NCBI GenBank assembly: GCA_963668695.2
Contig: CAXXLQ010000004.1
Location: 2,880,001 to 2,944,000, forward strand
Source: Vicinamibacteria bacterium
GTDB taxonomy: Bacteria; Acidobacteriota; Vicinamibacteria; Marinacidobacterales; Marinacidobacteraceae
Length of the DNA stretch: 64,000 nt
Direction: 5' to 3'
Made by a program: the position numbers and the translations under genes. Shown in pieces: positions 11,160 through 20,727 of this stretch (the stretch's first letter is position 1; every line of letters begins with the position of its first letter). Below the pieces are notes generated by a model that did not search any database, was not told where the DNA came from, and saw only the letters and a list, made by a program, of their open reading frames with translations.

Positions 11160-11209
11160 AGACGGCGGGTCAGTCCGTAAAGACGGCGGGTCAGTCCGTA
11201 AAGACGGCG
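11147..11209 (+). repeat. 21-bp tandem repeat x3 (GGTCAGTCCGTAAAGACGGCG) spanning the stop codon
   Basis: Exact copies at 11147, 11168 and 11189, between convergent genes. Confidence 0.9.
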
Positions 11210-11222
11210 GGGCCGCCGGGCC

Positions 11223-12560
11223 TTATTCGCCGGCGCTGCCCGGAACCGTGTTCCCCGCGATCACCACCCGGTCGATGGACCTGAGGGCGGCGATGTCCGC
11301 GAGCGGGTCTTCGTCCAGCACGATGAAGTCCGCCCAGTTGCCGGCGGTAAGGGTGCCCACGCCTTCGATGCCGAGACACGCGGCCGCATCTCCCGTCGCG
11401 GAAAGCAGGATCTGCTCGGCGGTGAGGCCGGCCTCCGACATCTCAGCGGTCTCGATGTGCTCGAAGTACCCCTGAAAGCGCCCGGCCGGGCCGGTGTCGG
11501 TGCCGAAGGCGATCTTCACCCCGGCGTCGGCGACGGCCTTCGCATTGGCCATCGCGATGGGATAGTGCTCCCGGTAACCCTGCGCGGAGGGGCTCTCCGC
11601 CACCCGCGCCATCCGCTCCGGATCCTTCAGTTGTTCCAGCACCGCCGGGTCGGCGTCCTTCAGGAAGAACGGGTCCTCGAAGAACTCGGGCACCTCCGAA
11701 TAGACGAAGGTGGAGATCTCCCGGACCAGGGTGGGGACGTAACAGACGTCCTTCTCCTTCATCAGCTCGAGGAACTCCTCATCCACGGGCTGGTCCCGCA
11801 CGCTGTGGGCGATGAGTCCGGAACCCGCTCGCAGCACCTCCTTGGCGTCGTCCAGGTAGAAGATGTGGGTGGTGACGCGCTTGCCGGCTTCCTTCCCCAG
11901 CTCCATCACCTTCTCGATGGTCTCGGAAGAGACCCGCTCGTTGGCGCCGAGGTTGGTGTCCACCCGCATTTTCAGGAAGTCGGCGGGGAGCGCCAGGCTC
12001 CGGGCCGCCGATTCCGCGGCTTCCTCAGGCGTTCCGCTGGCGATCACCTCGCCGGCGATCCAGATCCGGGCGCGGTCCAGATTCTCGTCCTGCTCGTCGC
12101 GCAGTTGCGCTGCCTCGGGACCGTCCCCGCCCAGCGAAGCAACGCTGGTGATGCCGTAGCGGGCGTAGAGGCCGAGTTGACGGATCAGGTTCTCCCGGCT
12201 GTAGTGGCCCGTCTCGAGTCCGATGACGTCGCTCGCGTGCGCGTGGGCGTTGATGAATCCGGGAACGACGATCTTGCCGGAGAGGTCTTCCACCTGGGCG
12301 CCCGGCGGGATCTCCACGTCGCCGGCCGCTCCCGCCGCCGCGATGCGCCCGTGATCCACCACGAGCACCGCGTTCTCCACGGCGGCGCTCCCGGTCCCGT
12401 CCCACAGGGTGGCTCCGGTGAATGCCGTAACGCCGGGGAGCGGCGGCGGTTCGGACCCGCAGCCGCCGAAGGCGAGCAGGACGGCGATCGCGAACGGAAT
12501 GAGGAGGGGCTGCGTCTTCTGCGAGCGGATGATCATGGTCGGTCGGGCCTCCGGAAACAC
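11223..12560 (-). CDS. amidohydrolase family protein, probably exported/lipoprotein (start may be ATG 12538)
   Basis: VPGFINAHAH, IAFGTD, GTLTAGNWADFIVLD; hydrophobic N-terminus ending GGC. Confidence 0.88.
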   Translation of the reverse strand: MFPEARPTMIIRSQKTQPLLIPFAIAVLLAFGGCGSEPPPLPGVTAFTGATLWDGTGSAAVENAVLVVDHGRIAAAGAAGDVEIPPGAQVEDLSGKIVVPGFINAHAHASDVIGLETGHYSRENLIRQLGLYARYGITSVASLGGDGPEAAQLRDEQDENLDRARIWIAGEVIASGTPEEAAESAARSLALPADFLKMRVDTNLGANERVSSETIEKVMELGKEAGKRVTTHIFYLDDAKEVLRAGSGLIAHSVRDQPVDEEFLELMKEKDVCYVPTLVREISTFVYSEVPEFFEDPFFLKDADPAVLEQLKDPERMARVAESPSAQGYREHYPIAMANAKAVADAGVKIAFGTDTGPAGRFQGYFEHIETAEMSEAGLTAEQILLSATGDAAACLGIEGVGTLTAGNWADFIVLDEDPLADIAALRSIDRVVIAGNTVPGSAGE

Positions 12561-12616
12561 CCGAGCATATCGACCTTGGATCGCTGGCTGACCGCCGCCT
12601 GATCTTGACCGCAGGC

Positions 12617-12625
12617 TGCTAGCGT
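12617..12625 (+). promoter_or_regulatory. extended -10-like TGcTAGCGT at a MITE-end remnant
   Basis: CGCAGGCTGCTA resembles the MITE terminus; hexamer is 9 nt before ATG 12635. Confidence 0.4.
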
Positions 12626-12634
12626 TCCCGGACC

Positions 12635-13540
12635 ATGACGACTGCGACGATGGTCTCCGCGCCGACCGAATTGGGGCCGCCCGGAATGTGCGGAAAACTC
12701 CGTCGGGCCCTCCTGATTGGGCCGCGCACCGCCGGCTGGAAGGCTTCGGCCCCGTGGCGGGACCTCGGCTACCTCCATCCGCCGGATCCGGACGCGGCGG
12801 CGCGGCAGCATGCGGAGCTCCGTGCCCACCTGGTTGCCCGCGAGGTCGAACTCGTGGAGCCTGAAGAAGGCCTTTCCGGACTCAGTCCCGACGCGGTGTA
12901 CTGCCACGACGCCTCGCTGCCCGCACCGCGCGGCACGATCCTGATGCGGATGGGCAAGGAAAGTCGGCGGGGCGAGCCCGCGGCGCACGCCCGGATCTAC
13001 GAGGCGCACAAAATCCCGGTGATCGGTGCGATCGAGGCGCCGGGACTTGCCGAAGGCGGGGACCTCGTCTGGCTTGATGAGCGCACCCTCCTGGCGGGAG
13101 AGGGGTACCGCACGAACGCCGCCGGAATCGCTCAACTCCGGGACCTCCTCGCCGGCGATGGGGTGGAAGTCATTGCCGCGCCCCTCCCGTACGGGGACGG
13201 GCCGGACTGCTGCCTCCACCTGATGTCCCTGCTGAGCGCCCTGGACCGGCGGACCATGGTTGCCGACCTGCGCTTCCTCGCGGTCCCCACGTTCCGGCTC
13301 CTGGAGGAGCGCGGCTTCGAACTGATTCCCATCGTGGAGGAAGAGCGGGGGACGATGGCGGCGAACGTGCTGGCGCTCGGGGAACGGACCCTCCTCGCGA
13401 TCGCGGCCAATCGGAGGACCAACGACCGGCTGCGGGAAGCGGGTTTCGAGGTGTTGACCTACGGGGGCAGCGAAATCAGCCAGAACGGCTCGGGAGGCCC
13501 CACCTGCCTTACCCGACCCCTGGTCCGGGAGGCGGCGTGA
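12635..13540 (+). CDS. amidinotransferase/pentein family (dimethylargininase or arginine deiminase-like)
   Basis: PDAVYCHD, AEGGD, GYRTN, CLHL and C-terminal GGPTCLTRP with the catalytic Cys. Confidence 0.88.
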   Translation: MTTATMVSAPTELGPPGMCGKLRRALLIGPRTAGWKASAPWRDLGYLHPPDPDAAARQHAELRAHLVAREVELVEPEEGLSGLSPDAVYCHDASLPAPRGTILMRMGKESRRGEPAAHARIYEAHKIPVIGAIEAPGLAEGGDLVWLDERTLLAGEGYRTNAAGIAQLRDLLAGDGVEVIAAPLPYGDGPDCCLHLMSLLSALDRRTMVADLRFLAVPTFRLLEERGFELIPIVEEERGTMAANVLALGERTLLAIAANRRTNDRLREAGFEVLTYGGSEISQNGSGGPTCLTRPLVREAA

Positions 13541-13812
13541 ACACCCGCATGCGCCGGATCGGCTGGCTCGTTTTCGGCCTTTTCGCCCTGCTCGTCGTCT
13601 TCCTGGTGACTTCAACGCTCACCATGGGCGAGGCGCGCTGCGAAGTGACCATGGAAATGGTGGGTCGCCAGGCCACCGTGACCGCCCGGGGAGCAACGGA
13701 GGCCGACGCGATTCGGGCGGCGGTTACCGGGGCCTGCGCCCGGATCGCGGACGGCCGGACGGCGAACATCCGCTGTCTGGATTCGCCGCCCCGCTCGGTT
13801 CGCTGCGACTAA
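13537..13812 (+). CDS. small hypothetical membrane-anchored protein
   Basis: GTGA overlap with the upstream gene, N-terminal TM helix, several Cys; its TAA is the MITE left end. Confidence 0.65.
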   Translation: MNTRMRRIGWLVFGLFALLVVFLVTSTLTMGEARCEVTMEMVGRQATVTARGATEADAIRAAVTGACARIADGRTANIRCLDSPPRSVRCD

Positions 13813-13971
13813 CAGCCTGTGGTGAAAGCACCCCGCACGAGCCCCAGGAGGTCGCGCGCGGCGAATCCGTCGGTTTGTGTGCGTGCGGGGCGCTTTCCCC
13901 TCCCCACACCCCACCCCCGCGGCGCTGCGCGCCGCGAATGGATGCCTTCCGGGTTTCACCACAGGCTGTTA
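13810..13971. mobile_element. MITE variant with perfect 18-bp TIR and a distinct interior
   Basis: TAACAGCCTGTGGTGAAA ... TTTCACCACAGGCTGTTA. Confidence 0.88.
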
Positions 13972-14298
13972 ACAGCCGGTGGTGGAATCCGGGTCAGCGC
14001 CGAGGCCGGCCAGTTCTTTTGGTGGGGGCGAGGCCCAGTTCTCCCGGTGGGGGTCCGGCTGACAAGGCGCGTGAGGGAGGAGCCCCCACCGGGAGAACTG
14101 GCCCGGGTGTATTTCGACCGAAACGCAACGATGAGCGGCGCGCAGCGACGCGGCTCAGCCGGGATGGATCGCTGGCCGAGCCCCCACCGGGAGAACTGGG
14201 CCGCGTGGGTTCCACCACCGGCTGTTTGGCCGGGATGGATCGCCGGGCGAGCCCCCACCGGGAGAACTGGGCCGCCTGGGTTTCACTACAGGCTGTTA
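13970..14298 (-). mobile_element. main-family MITE (reverse orientation) sharing the TA with the preceding element
   Basis: TAACAGCCGGTGG ... ACTACAGGCTGTTA; interior matches the other copies and carries several CCCCACCGGGAGAACTGG motifs. Confidence 0.85.
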
Positions 14299-14798
14299 AT
14301 TCCCCGCCGCGGCGGCTGCGCCAGGGTGCCGTCCGGACGGACGATGAAAGCCCGGATCGGGCGCTGGAACAGGACCCGGGCGGCAGCCCGGTAGCGCCGG
14401 GCGCGGGCCTCGGCGGCTTCGGCGCCGCCTTCCTGCATCGCGACGACCGTGACCGTGCCGCTCTCGCGCCGGTAGATCAGACTGGGGATCAGGACGACCC
14501 GGCTGCTTCCGTCCCTCCGCCGGAGTCCAACGCGGACGTTCGGGCGCAATTCGCCCTCGAGACGCCCCCCGGGTTTTCGCTCGCCGAGCGCGGCGAGGCA
14601 AAGCTGGTGCGCCCGCTCCGCCACCTGCCGGCGCCCATCCGGCGAGGGGACGAGGCGCTCGTCCGCAAGCCGGAGCGCCGCGTTGGGGTCCGGCTTCCTT
14701 CCGAGCCGGTCGGCGCGGTGAAGAAGCCGGTGGGCCAACACCCGCACCGCCGTCGCCGTGCGGTCCCGACCACCGGGACGATGTTCGCCTTGCTTCAC
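14286..14798 (-). CDS. 170-aa ORF resembling a degenerate AddA/RecB-type nuclease domain (or the frameshifted C-terminus of AddA)
   Basis: GTG overlaps the helicase TGA (GTGA); LIPSLIYRRESGTVTVVAMQEG...RARRYRAAARVLFQRPIRAFIV mirrors the RecB-nuclease layout without the catalytic D/DYK; C-terminus runs into the MITE. Confidence 0.5.
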   Translation of the reverse strand: MKQGEHRPGGRDRTATAVRVLAHRLLHRADRLGRKPDPNAALRLADERLVPSPDGRRQVAERAHQLCLAALGERKPGGRLEGELRPNVRVGLRRRDGSSRVVLIPSLIYRRESGTVTVVAMQEGGAEAAEARARRYRAAARVLFQRPIRAFIVRPDGTLAQPPRRGINSL

Positions 14799-17482
14799 GC
14801 GCCCGGTGTCGCCTCGGCGTCCGCCGCTACCGGCGGGAGAACTTCGATGACGTGCTCCTCCCACGGGAAGCTCGCCCGGCGCTGTTTCGCGGCGAGGGCG
14901 GCCGCCGTCGTGAAGCCCGTAGGGAGATAGCGTGGCCGGTCGCGCCCGTCCGGCGTGCCGTCCTTCGTGAAGCGCGTCTTCCACGAGAGCGTCAGCGTCT
15001 CGCGGGCCCGGGTCATGGCGACGTACATACACCGCCGCTCTTCCGATTCGGCGCGTCCTCCGTCCTTGATCTGCCAGGCGGTGGCGTCCGCCACCAGGGC
15101 GATGTTCCAGACCCCGGGCTCGCTTTCGACCACCCGGGGAATACCGGTGTTCCGGCCGCCGCGCCCGCCACAGTCCACGACGAAGACGTGGTCGAACTCC
15201 AGACCCTTGGCGGCGTGGATCGAAAGGGCCTGGACGGCCCCCTTCGCCTGGACCGCCGCCTGGGTCGCATCGCCATCTGCCGCCTCGGCCAGCCGCTCGG
15301 CGATCCGCTCGAAACCGGTGAAACCTCCGCGCTCGAAGCTGCGCACCAACTGGAGGCCCTTCGCCACGTTCGCGGACTGCTGCCGGGCCTCGTAGCCGTT
15401 CCCGGCGGCCGCCTCGGCGCGGCGCACGTACTGCGTTTCCTCGAGAATCCGGGCGACGGTGCGGGAAGGCGGCAGCCGGCGCGCGAGCCGGACCCAGGGC
15501 GCCACCCGGTCTCCCGCCCGCTGGAGCCGCTCCGCGCGGTCCGAGCCCAGCGAGGGCGGAAGCTCCTGCGCTCCACAACGGAGGAGGTCCGAAAACGGAG
15601 TGGGGGACCCCCTGGCCCGGCGCAGCCGGACGAAGTCGTCGCCGGGGAGCGCAAAGAATCGGGAGCGCAGGAGTTCCACGGCCCGCCGGTCGGAGTGGGG
15701 ACGCGCCAGATAGCGGCAAAGGGCGCGCAGATCGCGGATTTCGCTGGTTTCGAAGAAGTCCGCGCCCTTGAGCAGGTAGGTGGGGATCCCCAACTCCTCC
15801 ACGGCGGTACGGTAGATCGGAAGCCGGGTACCGGCCCGCGCCAGGAGGGCGATCTGCTCGGGTTCGACCCGGTCTTCCTGGACGAGCGCCGCGATCCGCC
15901 GGGCGAGGCGGGCGGCGACGTCCTCGTGGCTCGCGGCCACCCCCACCGCCAGCGCCGATCGTTCCGAGCGCCTTTCCTCCTCCGGGCCCGGCGCTTCGGG
16001 CAGGAGGTCGTCCTCGTCGTAACGGAAGGCCCAGTCGGCGTCGCGATCGGCCTCCGAGCTCTCGGCGATCCGGTGTGAAGCGCGGTTCACGAAGCGGCGC
16101 AGGAGGTGGTGGGAACGGAAGTTCCAGCGGAGCACCACCCGCGGCGAAGCCGTGTCGTCCGGAGCCGCCAGGGAGCCGATCTCCCTCTCGGCCCGCTGCA
16201 GGATCTCCACGCGGGCGTCGCGGAAGCGGTAGATGGACTGCTTGTGGTCGCCCACCACGAAGATGGTCGGCCGCGAGAGCCGGCCCGCCGTAACGCGCTG
16301 CACTTCCTCGGCGGCGAGCCCCATCCCCGCGGCCCAGGGGGCGATGACCGCGCGGAGCAGGTCCCACTGGTGGTCGCTCGTGTCGTGGAACTCGTCGAGG
16401 AGCAGATGGTGATAGCGGGCTTCGAGACGGAAGCGGCTCGCCGAGAACTCTCCGAGACGCGAGAGCAGGTGGGTGGCGGCCAGCGTCAGGTCGTCAAAGT
16501 CCATGACCCCCCGGTCCTGCTTGAGCCGCTGGTATTCCGCCTCGACCGCCCGGAAGAGTCGCCAGACCGGATCGAAGGCCCGCTCGTTCAGGAAGTCGAG
16601 CCAAAGGGATCGGAACGCCTTGACCCGCCCGGCCACGGCGACGTAGTCCTCCTTCAGTTCGCCGGGAAACCCGCGCGGCGGGTTCTTGCGTCTGATGGAG
16701 AAGTAGCTCTCGAGCGCCTCCCGGTCCAGCGCGTCCCGGCTGCTTTCCTGTTCCTCGAGCCGGAGGGCCAGGCGGACCGCCAGCGGCATTTGCAGCGGCA
16801 TTTCCAGCCCCGGAAGCCCGTCGAGCGCTGCCTCCCGGAGACGTTCGCACGCGGGTGCGATCTCACCGAAGAAGGTGCGGAGGCACGGCGGAGAGGTGGG
16901 TTGCCGGTCCTCTGCCGCCGCTTTCTCCTCAAAATACCGCCGCCAGGTGAGTCGCCGGTCGAGGTAGCTGCGGACCGCCTTTACGACCTCGCCGCGGGAG
17001 CGGCCGAGCAGCAGGGGCAGGGAACCCAGCACGTCGCGATCGAAGCCGGTGACTCCGGAGAGGACCCGCCGGATGGCCTCCTCGCGCACCACCGGCATCG
17101 ACCGTTCGTCCAGGACCTCGACGCCGGGGCTCACCCCGGCATCCAGCGGAAACTCGCGGATCAGCCCGAGGGTGAAGGCGTCGAGCGTCGAGATGTTCAC
17201 TTCGGCAATGTCGGTCCGGCCGGCGAGGGCCTGCCGCCGGTGCGCCTTCCCCAGTTCGCCGACGATCCGGTCCTTCATCTCCTGCGCCGCTTTCCTCGTG
17301 AAGGTGAGGGCGAGGATGTTCCGGGGCGGCGTTCCCGCCTCGACCAGCGCCACGTAGCGGTCGGTCAGCACCGTCGTCTTCCCGGTTCCGGCCGATGCCC
17401 GCAGCACGACGTTGCGCCGCGGGTCGGCGGCGGCGCGCCGGGCCTCCAGATCGGGAGGGAAAGGAGCGCGCGAGGAGTTCAT
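14795..17482 (-). CDS. addA: UvrD/AddA-type SF1 helicase (895 aa, no fused nuclease)
   Basis: ASAGTGKTT, LTFTRKAAQEM, LLDEFHDTS, VGDHKQSIYRFR, NFRS, IHAAKGLEF, YVAMTRA; follows the AddB-like gene by 4 nt. Confidence 0.85.
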   Translation of the reverse strand: MNSSRAPFPPDLEARRAAADPRRNVVLRASAGTGKTTVLTDRYVALVEAGTPPRNILALTFTRKAAQEMKDRIVGELGKAHRRQALAGRTDIAEVNISTLDAFTLGLIREFPLDAGVSPGVEVLDERSMPVVREEAIRRVLSGVTGFDRDVLGSLPLLLGRSRGEVVKAVRSYLDRRLTWRRYFEEKAAAEDRQPTSPPCLRTFFGEIAPACERLREAALDGLPGLEMPLQMPLAVRLALRLEEQESSRDALDREALESYFSIRRKNPPRGFPGELKEDYVAVAGRVKAFRSLWLDFLNERAFDPVWRLFRAVEAEYQRLKQDRGVMDFDDLTLAATHLLSRLGEFSASRFRLEARYHHLLLDEFHDTSDHQWDLLRAVIAPWAAGMGLAAEEVQRVTAGRLSRPTIFVVGDHKQSIYRFRDARVEILQRAEREIGSLAAPDDTASPRVVLRWNFRSHHLLRRFVNRASHRIAESSEADRDADWAFRYDEDDLLPEAPGPEEERRSERSALAVGVAASHEDVAARLARRIAALVQEDRVEPEQIALLARAGTRLPIYRTAVEELGIPTYLLKGADFFETSEIRDLRALCRYLARPHSDRRAVELLRSRFFALPGDDFVRLRRARGSPTPFSDLLRCGAQELPPSLGSDRAERLQRAGDRVAPWVRLARRLPPSRTVARILEETQYVRRAEAAAGNGYEARQQSANVAKGLQLVRSFERGGFTGFERIAERLAEAADGDATQAAVQAKGAVQALSIHAAKGLEFDHVFVVDCGGRGGRNTGIPRVVESEPGVWNIALVADATAWQIKDGGRAESEERRCMYVAMTRARETLTLSWKTRFTKDGTPDGRDRPRYLPTGFTTAAALAAKQRRASFPWEEHVIEVLPPVAADAEATPGA

Positions 17483-17486
17483 GCCG

Positions 17487-20400
17487 TCAGGAGTCGAAGG
17501 GGGCTCCGGCGTCCGCCGGGGGCTGCGGCGCCCGCTCGGGAAGGTCCCGGCGGATGACCAGCTGGAAGTCGAAGTTCCCGTCTTTCCCGGGCGCGGGTGG
17601 GAAGGCCCCGGTGGCGAGTTGGTCGCGGATCTCCGCGAGCTGGGCGTCCTGCTCGGCGTCTTTCGGGGTGTCCTCCGGTCCGATCCATCGCCGGCTCCCG
17701 AAATAGGGAATGGCGAAGTCGGTGGGGGCTCCGTCCGCGGCCTCCAGGATGCGCGCGTAGAGCCGGGCCTGGAGGGGCTTTTGATAGAAGCGGCCCGACT
17801 TGTATTCGACCACCCGGCGCGTTCCGTCGGGCCGTTGATCGAGGCGGTCCAGCCGGCCTTCAACCCGCAGACGGGGTGTTCCGGGAGCGGCCGGCTCGGG
17901 CTCGCCGCCGATCCACTGCTCGAACTGCACGGGGAGCGACGGTCCGCGGTCCGCTTCTTCCCGGAGGAACCACTCCATCGCGCCGGGGGTCGCCTCGCCG
18001 CCGAAGAGCCAGCGCTCCTCTCCCCGCCGCTGTGTCGCATCCATTCCCCGGGCGCTGGCGAAGCGCCGGAACTCCTCCCGGAAGAAAGCCAGCAGGTCCT
18101 CCAGCGCGGACTCCCGGACGGCGAGTCCCCGATCGCCCAGGGCCCGGTAACTCTCCTCCAGGAACTCATGGAGGATTTCGCCGCGCTCCGTGGGCGGCGG
18201 GACGTCGGCGAGCTGACGCTCCTCGTCGAGCCGCAGCACGTAGCGGGCGAAGAACTGGGCGGGACTGGCCGCGCAGGTGTCCAGCGCGGTGGGAGAAACC
18301 GGGCGTTCCAGCACGGCGGCGGAAGGAGCGCGCCGATCGAGCGTGGTCGGCAGGGGCTCGCACTCCGCCCGGTCCGGCGGGCCCTCCGTGACTCGGGGTT
18401 CAGGAAACGGGATCCGGGAATGCGCCGGGCTGGCGGCGCCGATCGCTTCGGCCAGCTCGACTTCGAACGGGGAGACGGCTACCGGAAACCCGTCGTCGAG
18501 TTCGGGGCGAGTGAAGAGAGCGGCGGTGCGGGGAAGGCCGGGAATGGCTCGCAGGAGCCGGATCTCCCGCTGGCGGGCCCGCGAATGGCGCGAGCGAGTG
18601 GCTTCCTCAAGGAGGTGGTTGGGAAAGAAGATGTTGCGGGGGCGCGGCCCGGGCCAGTCGGCGTCCGCGACTCCGAGGAGCACCAGGAAGTCGTAGTCGC
18701 CGAAAGGAGCATCGGAGGCGGCGATCAGGGACACCCCCCCGCGATGAATCCCTCCGCCGCCGGTGCCGGTGTCGGGTGGGGGACGCCGTCCGAGCGTGCG
18801 GCCGTTCAGCAGCCGCCGGATGCGCCGGGGGAAGCGACCCGGCCCGCCGGCGAGCGCCCCGGGGGGCGCGGCGGCGGCCGCCTGCCGGAGCGTTTGGAGC
18901 ACGGCTTCCTTGACCTCGCCGTCTCCCTCCGCAGGAGGTTCGAGGCACGTTTCCAGGAAGTCGAGAAGCGCCTCGACTGCCGTCTGGAATCCCGTGCCCG
19001 GATCCCTTACCGGGCGCAGTCTCCCGGCAGCGGAAGCGAGCGTCCGGAGAGCGGCGGCGGCCGTCTCGAGCGACTCCGCCCGCCCGAGCCTTCGCTCGAC
19101 GATCGCCGGGCTGTTCGCGTCGGCCTGCTCCCCGTTCTGAATGTCACGGCGGATTGCTTCCGCCCTCCCATCCAACGGAATGGCGAGGGCGGGGAAGGCC
19201 TCCGGATCGTTCGTGTCCCGCAGTCCCGCGTCCAGCGCCTGTTTCTGGAGGATGTCGGCCGCCCGCGCGGGGGCGCCAGTGAGTTCGGAAGCGAGGAAGA
19301 ACGGGTTGCGCAGCAGGTTCAGGCCGACGGAGATCCGGCCGGGGTGGGCCCCGAACTCCAGGACGTCGGAAACGGCGGCGACCCAGGGTTCGCTGCTCAG
19401 GCGGGAGTCGAGATGCGTGTCGAAGGGGATTCCCAGCCCCGACAGCAGCGTCTCGGCGCTCTCGAGGTACCGGTGGGGCTCCTGGGCCACGAGCGCGCAG
19501 CGTTCGTAGCCCCGAAAGGCCTTTCCGCGGTTCTCCCGGAACCTCAAAATCACCGAAGCCGCCGTCCGGACCTCCGCCTCCCGGTCGGTCACGCGGCAGA
19601 CGAGGCCGCTACCCGACTCGGGGACGTAGATCGCCGGCGGGGTTGGAGTCTCCTTCGGCGGGCCGGCATTCAACGGAGGTGCCGGCACCGGAGGCGCCGG
19701 GAACGGGGCGGAGAAGAGGGTGGGTTGCTTCCGCGGCGGCGACGGGAGCGTGCCGGCAGCCGGGGAACCACCAGGCATCGGGGTCTCCCGAACTTCCAAC
19801 CAGCGGGGCAGCAATCCGCGGGGGAAGGGGGGCGGCGCATCGGCGGGAAGCGCCCACCAGAGGCCACCCGGCGGCAGCAGCGTGGCGAACAACCCGGCAT
19901 CCGCGAGGCGCAGGGCGTCTTCGCCGACGGCGAGCACCCGCGTTCGGAGCAGCATCGGACGGAGCGCCGGCGCGAATCGGAGCAGGCGGTCGCGGAGCGA
20001 ACCCGGATCAACCCGCGCAACCGCTTCGAGCGCTTCCTGGTAGCGGCGATGGGTTCGCCGCAGCCAGCGGGTGAGCGCCAGGAGGCGCAGCGCCCCCTCG
20101 TCCGTTTCCTGCGCTTCGGCAAGCCGCCTTGCGGTCCGCTCGGCGAAAGCCTCGAACGCCGACCCGTCCGGCCTGAGGTGGGCGTCCTTCGCCTGCTCGT
20201 CCAGGAAGGCGAGCAGCGGATCGGCGAGTTGCGCCGGATCCCCGGGAGGGACTTCGGGCTCGGAGGCTCCCGCGAGCAGCGCCTCTTCGATCAGGATTTC
20301 GCGGGTCAGCCGCGGCGCCACCCGGAATGGGGGCTCGAGATCGCCGGCGAGATCGCGCAGCGCGCGGTCTGCCACCCCTATCCAGGGAAGGGGGGAACCC

Positions 20401-20648
20401 TCAAGAAGCCGGGCGCGCAGCATGCGGTCAAACACCCAGGCGGCCCCCGTTCCGGGAACGACGATCTGGAGGCGCTCGCTGGCCGGGCCGGAGACCTGCC
20501 CGGGATCCGCAGGCGAGGCTTCCCCGACGACCCATTCCCGGAGTTCCCCCCAGTTTGGGAACCGCCGGATCTCGATCCGGCGCGGCGACTCGGGTTCCGG
20601 CAGGGAAGAACTCATCAGTCGCAGGATCATACGGAGGGAGCACGCCAT
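17487..20648 (-). CDS. addB: AddB/RexB-like protein with C-terminal PD-(D/E)XK nuclease (exact start uncertain)
   Basis: Degenerate helicase-like body; SPTAL, ERGEILH, GRLDRLD...VVEYKSG, LQARLY. Confidence 0.8.
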   Translation of the reverse strand: MACSLRMILRLMSSSLPEPESPRRIEIRRFPNWGELREWVVGEASPADPGQVSGPASERLQIVVPGTGAAWVFDRMLRARLLEGSPLPWIGVADRALRDLAGDLEPPFRVAPRLTREILIEEALLAGASEPEVPPGDPAQLADPLLAFLDEQAKDAHLRPDGSAFEAFAERTARRLAEAQETDEGALRLLALTRWLRRTHRRYQEALEAVARVDPGSLRDRLLRFAPALRPMLLRTRVLAVGEDALRLADAGLFATLLPPGGLWWALPADAPPPFPRGLLPRWLEVRETPMPGGSPAAGTLPSPPRKQPTLFSAPFPAPPVPAPPLNAGPPKETPTPPAIYVPESGSGLVCRVTDREAEVRTAASVILRFRENRGKAFRGYERCALVAQEPHRYLESAETLLSGLGIPFDTHLDSRLSSEPWVAAVSDVLEFGAHPGRISVGLNLLRNPFFLASELTGAPARAADILQKQALDAGLRDTNDPEAFPALAIPLDGRAEAIRRDIQNGEQADANSPAIVERRLGRAESLETAAAALRTLASAAGRLRPVRDPGTGFQTAVEALLDFLETCLEPPAEGDGEVKEAVLQTLRQAAAAAPPGALAGGPGRFPRRIRRLLNGRTLGRRPPPDTGTGGGGIHRGGVSLIAASDAPFGDYDFLVLLGVADADWPGPRPRNIFFPNHLLEEATRSRHSRARQREIRLLRAIPGLPRTAALFTRPELDDGFPVAVSPFEVELAEAIGAASPAHSRIPFPEPRVTEGPPDRAECEPLPTTLDRRAPSAAVLERPVSPTALDTCAASPAQFFARYVLRLDEERQLADVPPPTERGEILHEFLEESYRALGDRGLAVRESALEDLLAFFREEFRRFASARGMDATQRRGEERWLFGGEATPGAMEWFLREEADRGPSLPVQFEQWIGGEPEPAAPGTPRLRVEGRLDRLDQRPDGTRRVVEYKSGRFYQKPLQARLYARILEAADGAPTDFAIPYFGSRRWIGPEDTPKDAEQDAQLAEIRDQLATGAFPPAPGKDGNFDFQLVIRRDLPERAPQPPADAGAPFDS

Positions 20649-20727
20649 TTCCCGCCACCCTGGGAGTGCCCGCGGGCATCGCGATGGCGCCGGCGTGCTG
20701 CAATTTGCCGGGACGCACGCGCCCAGT

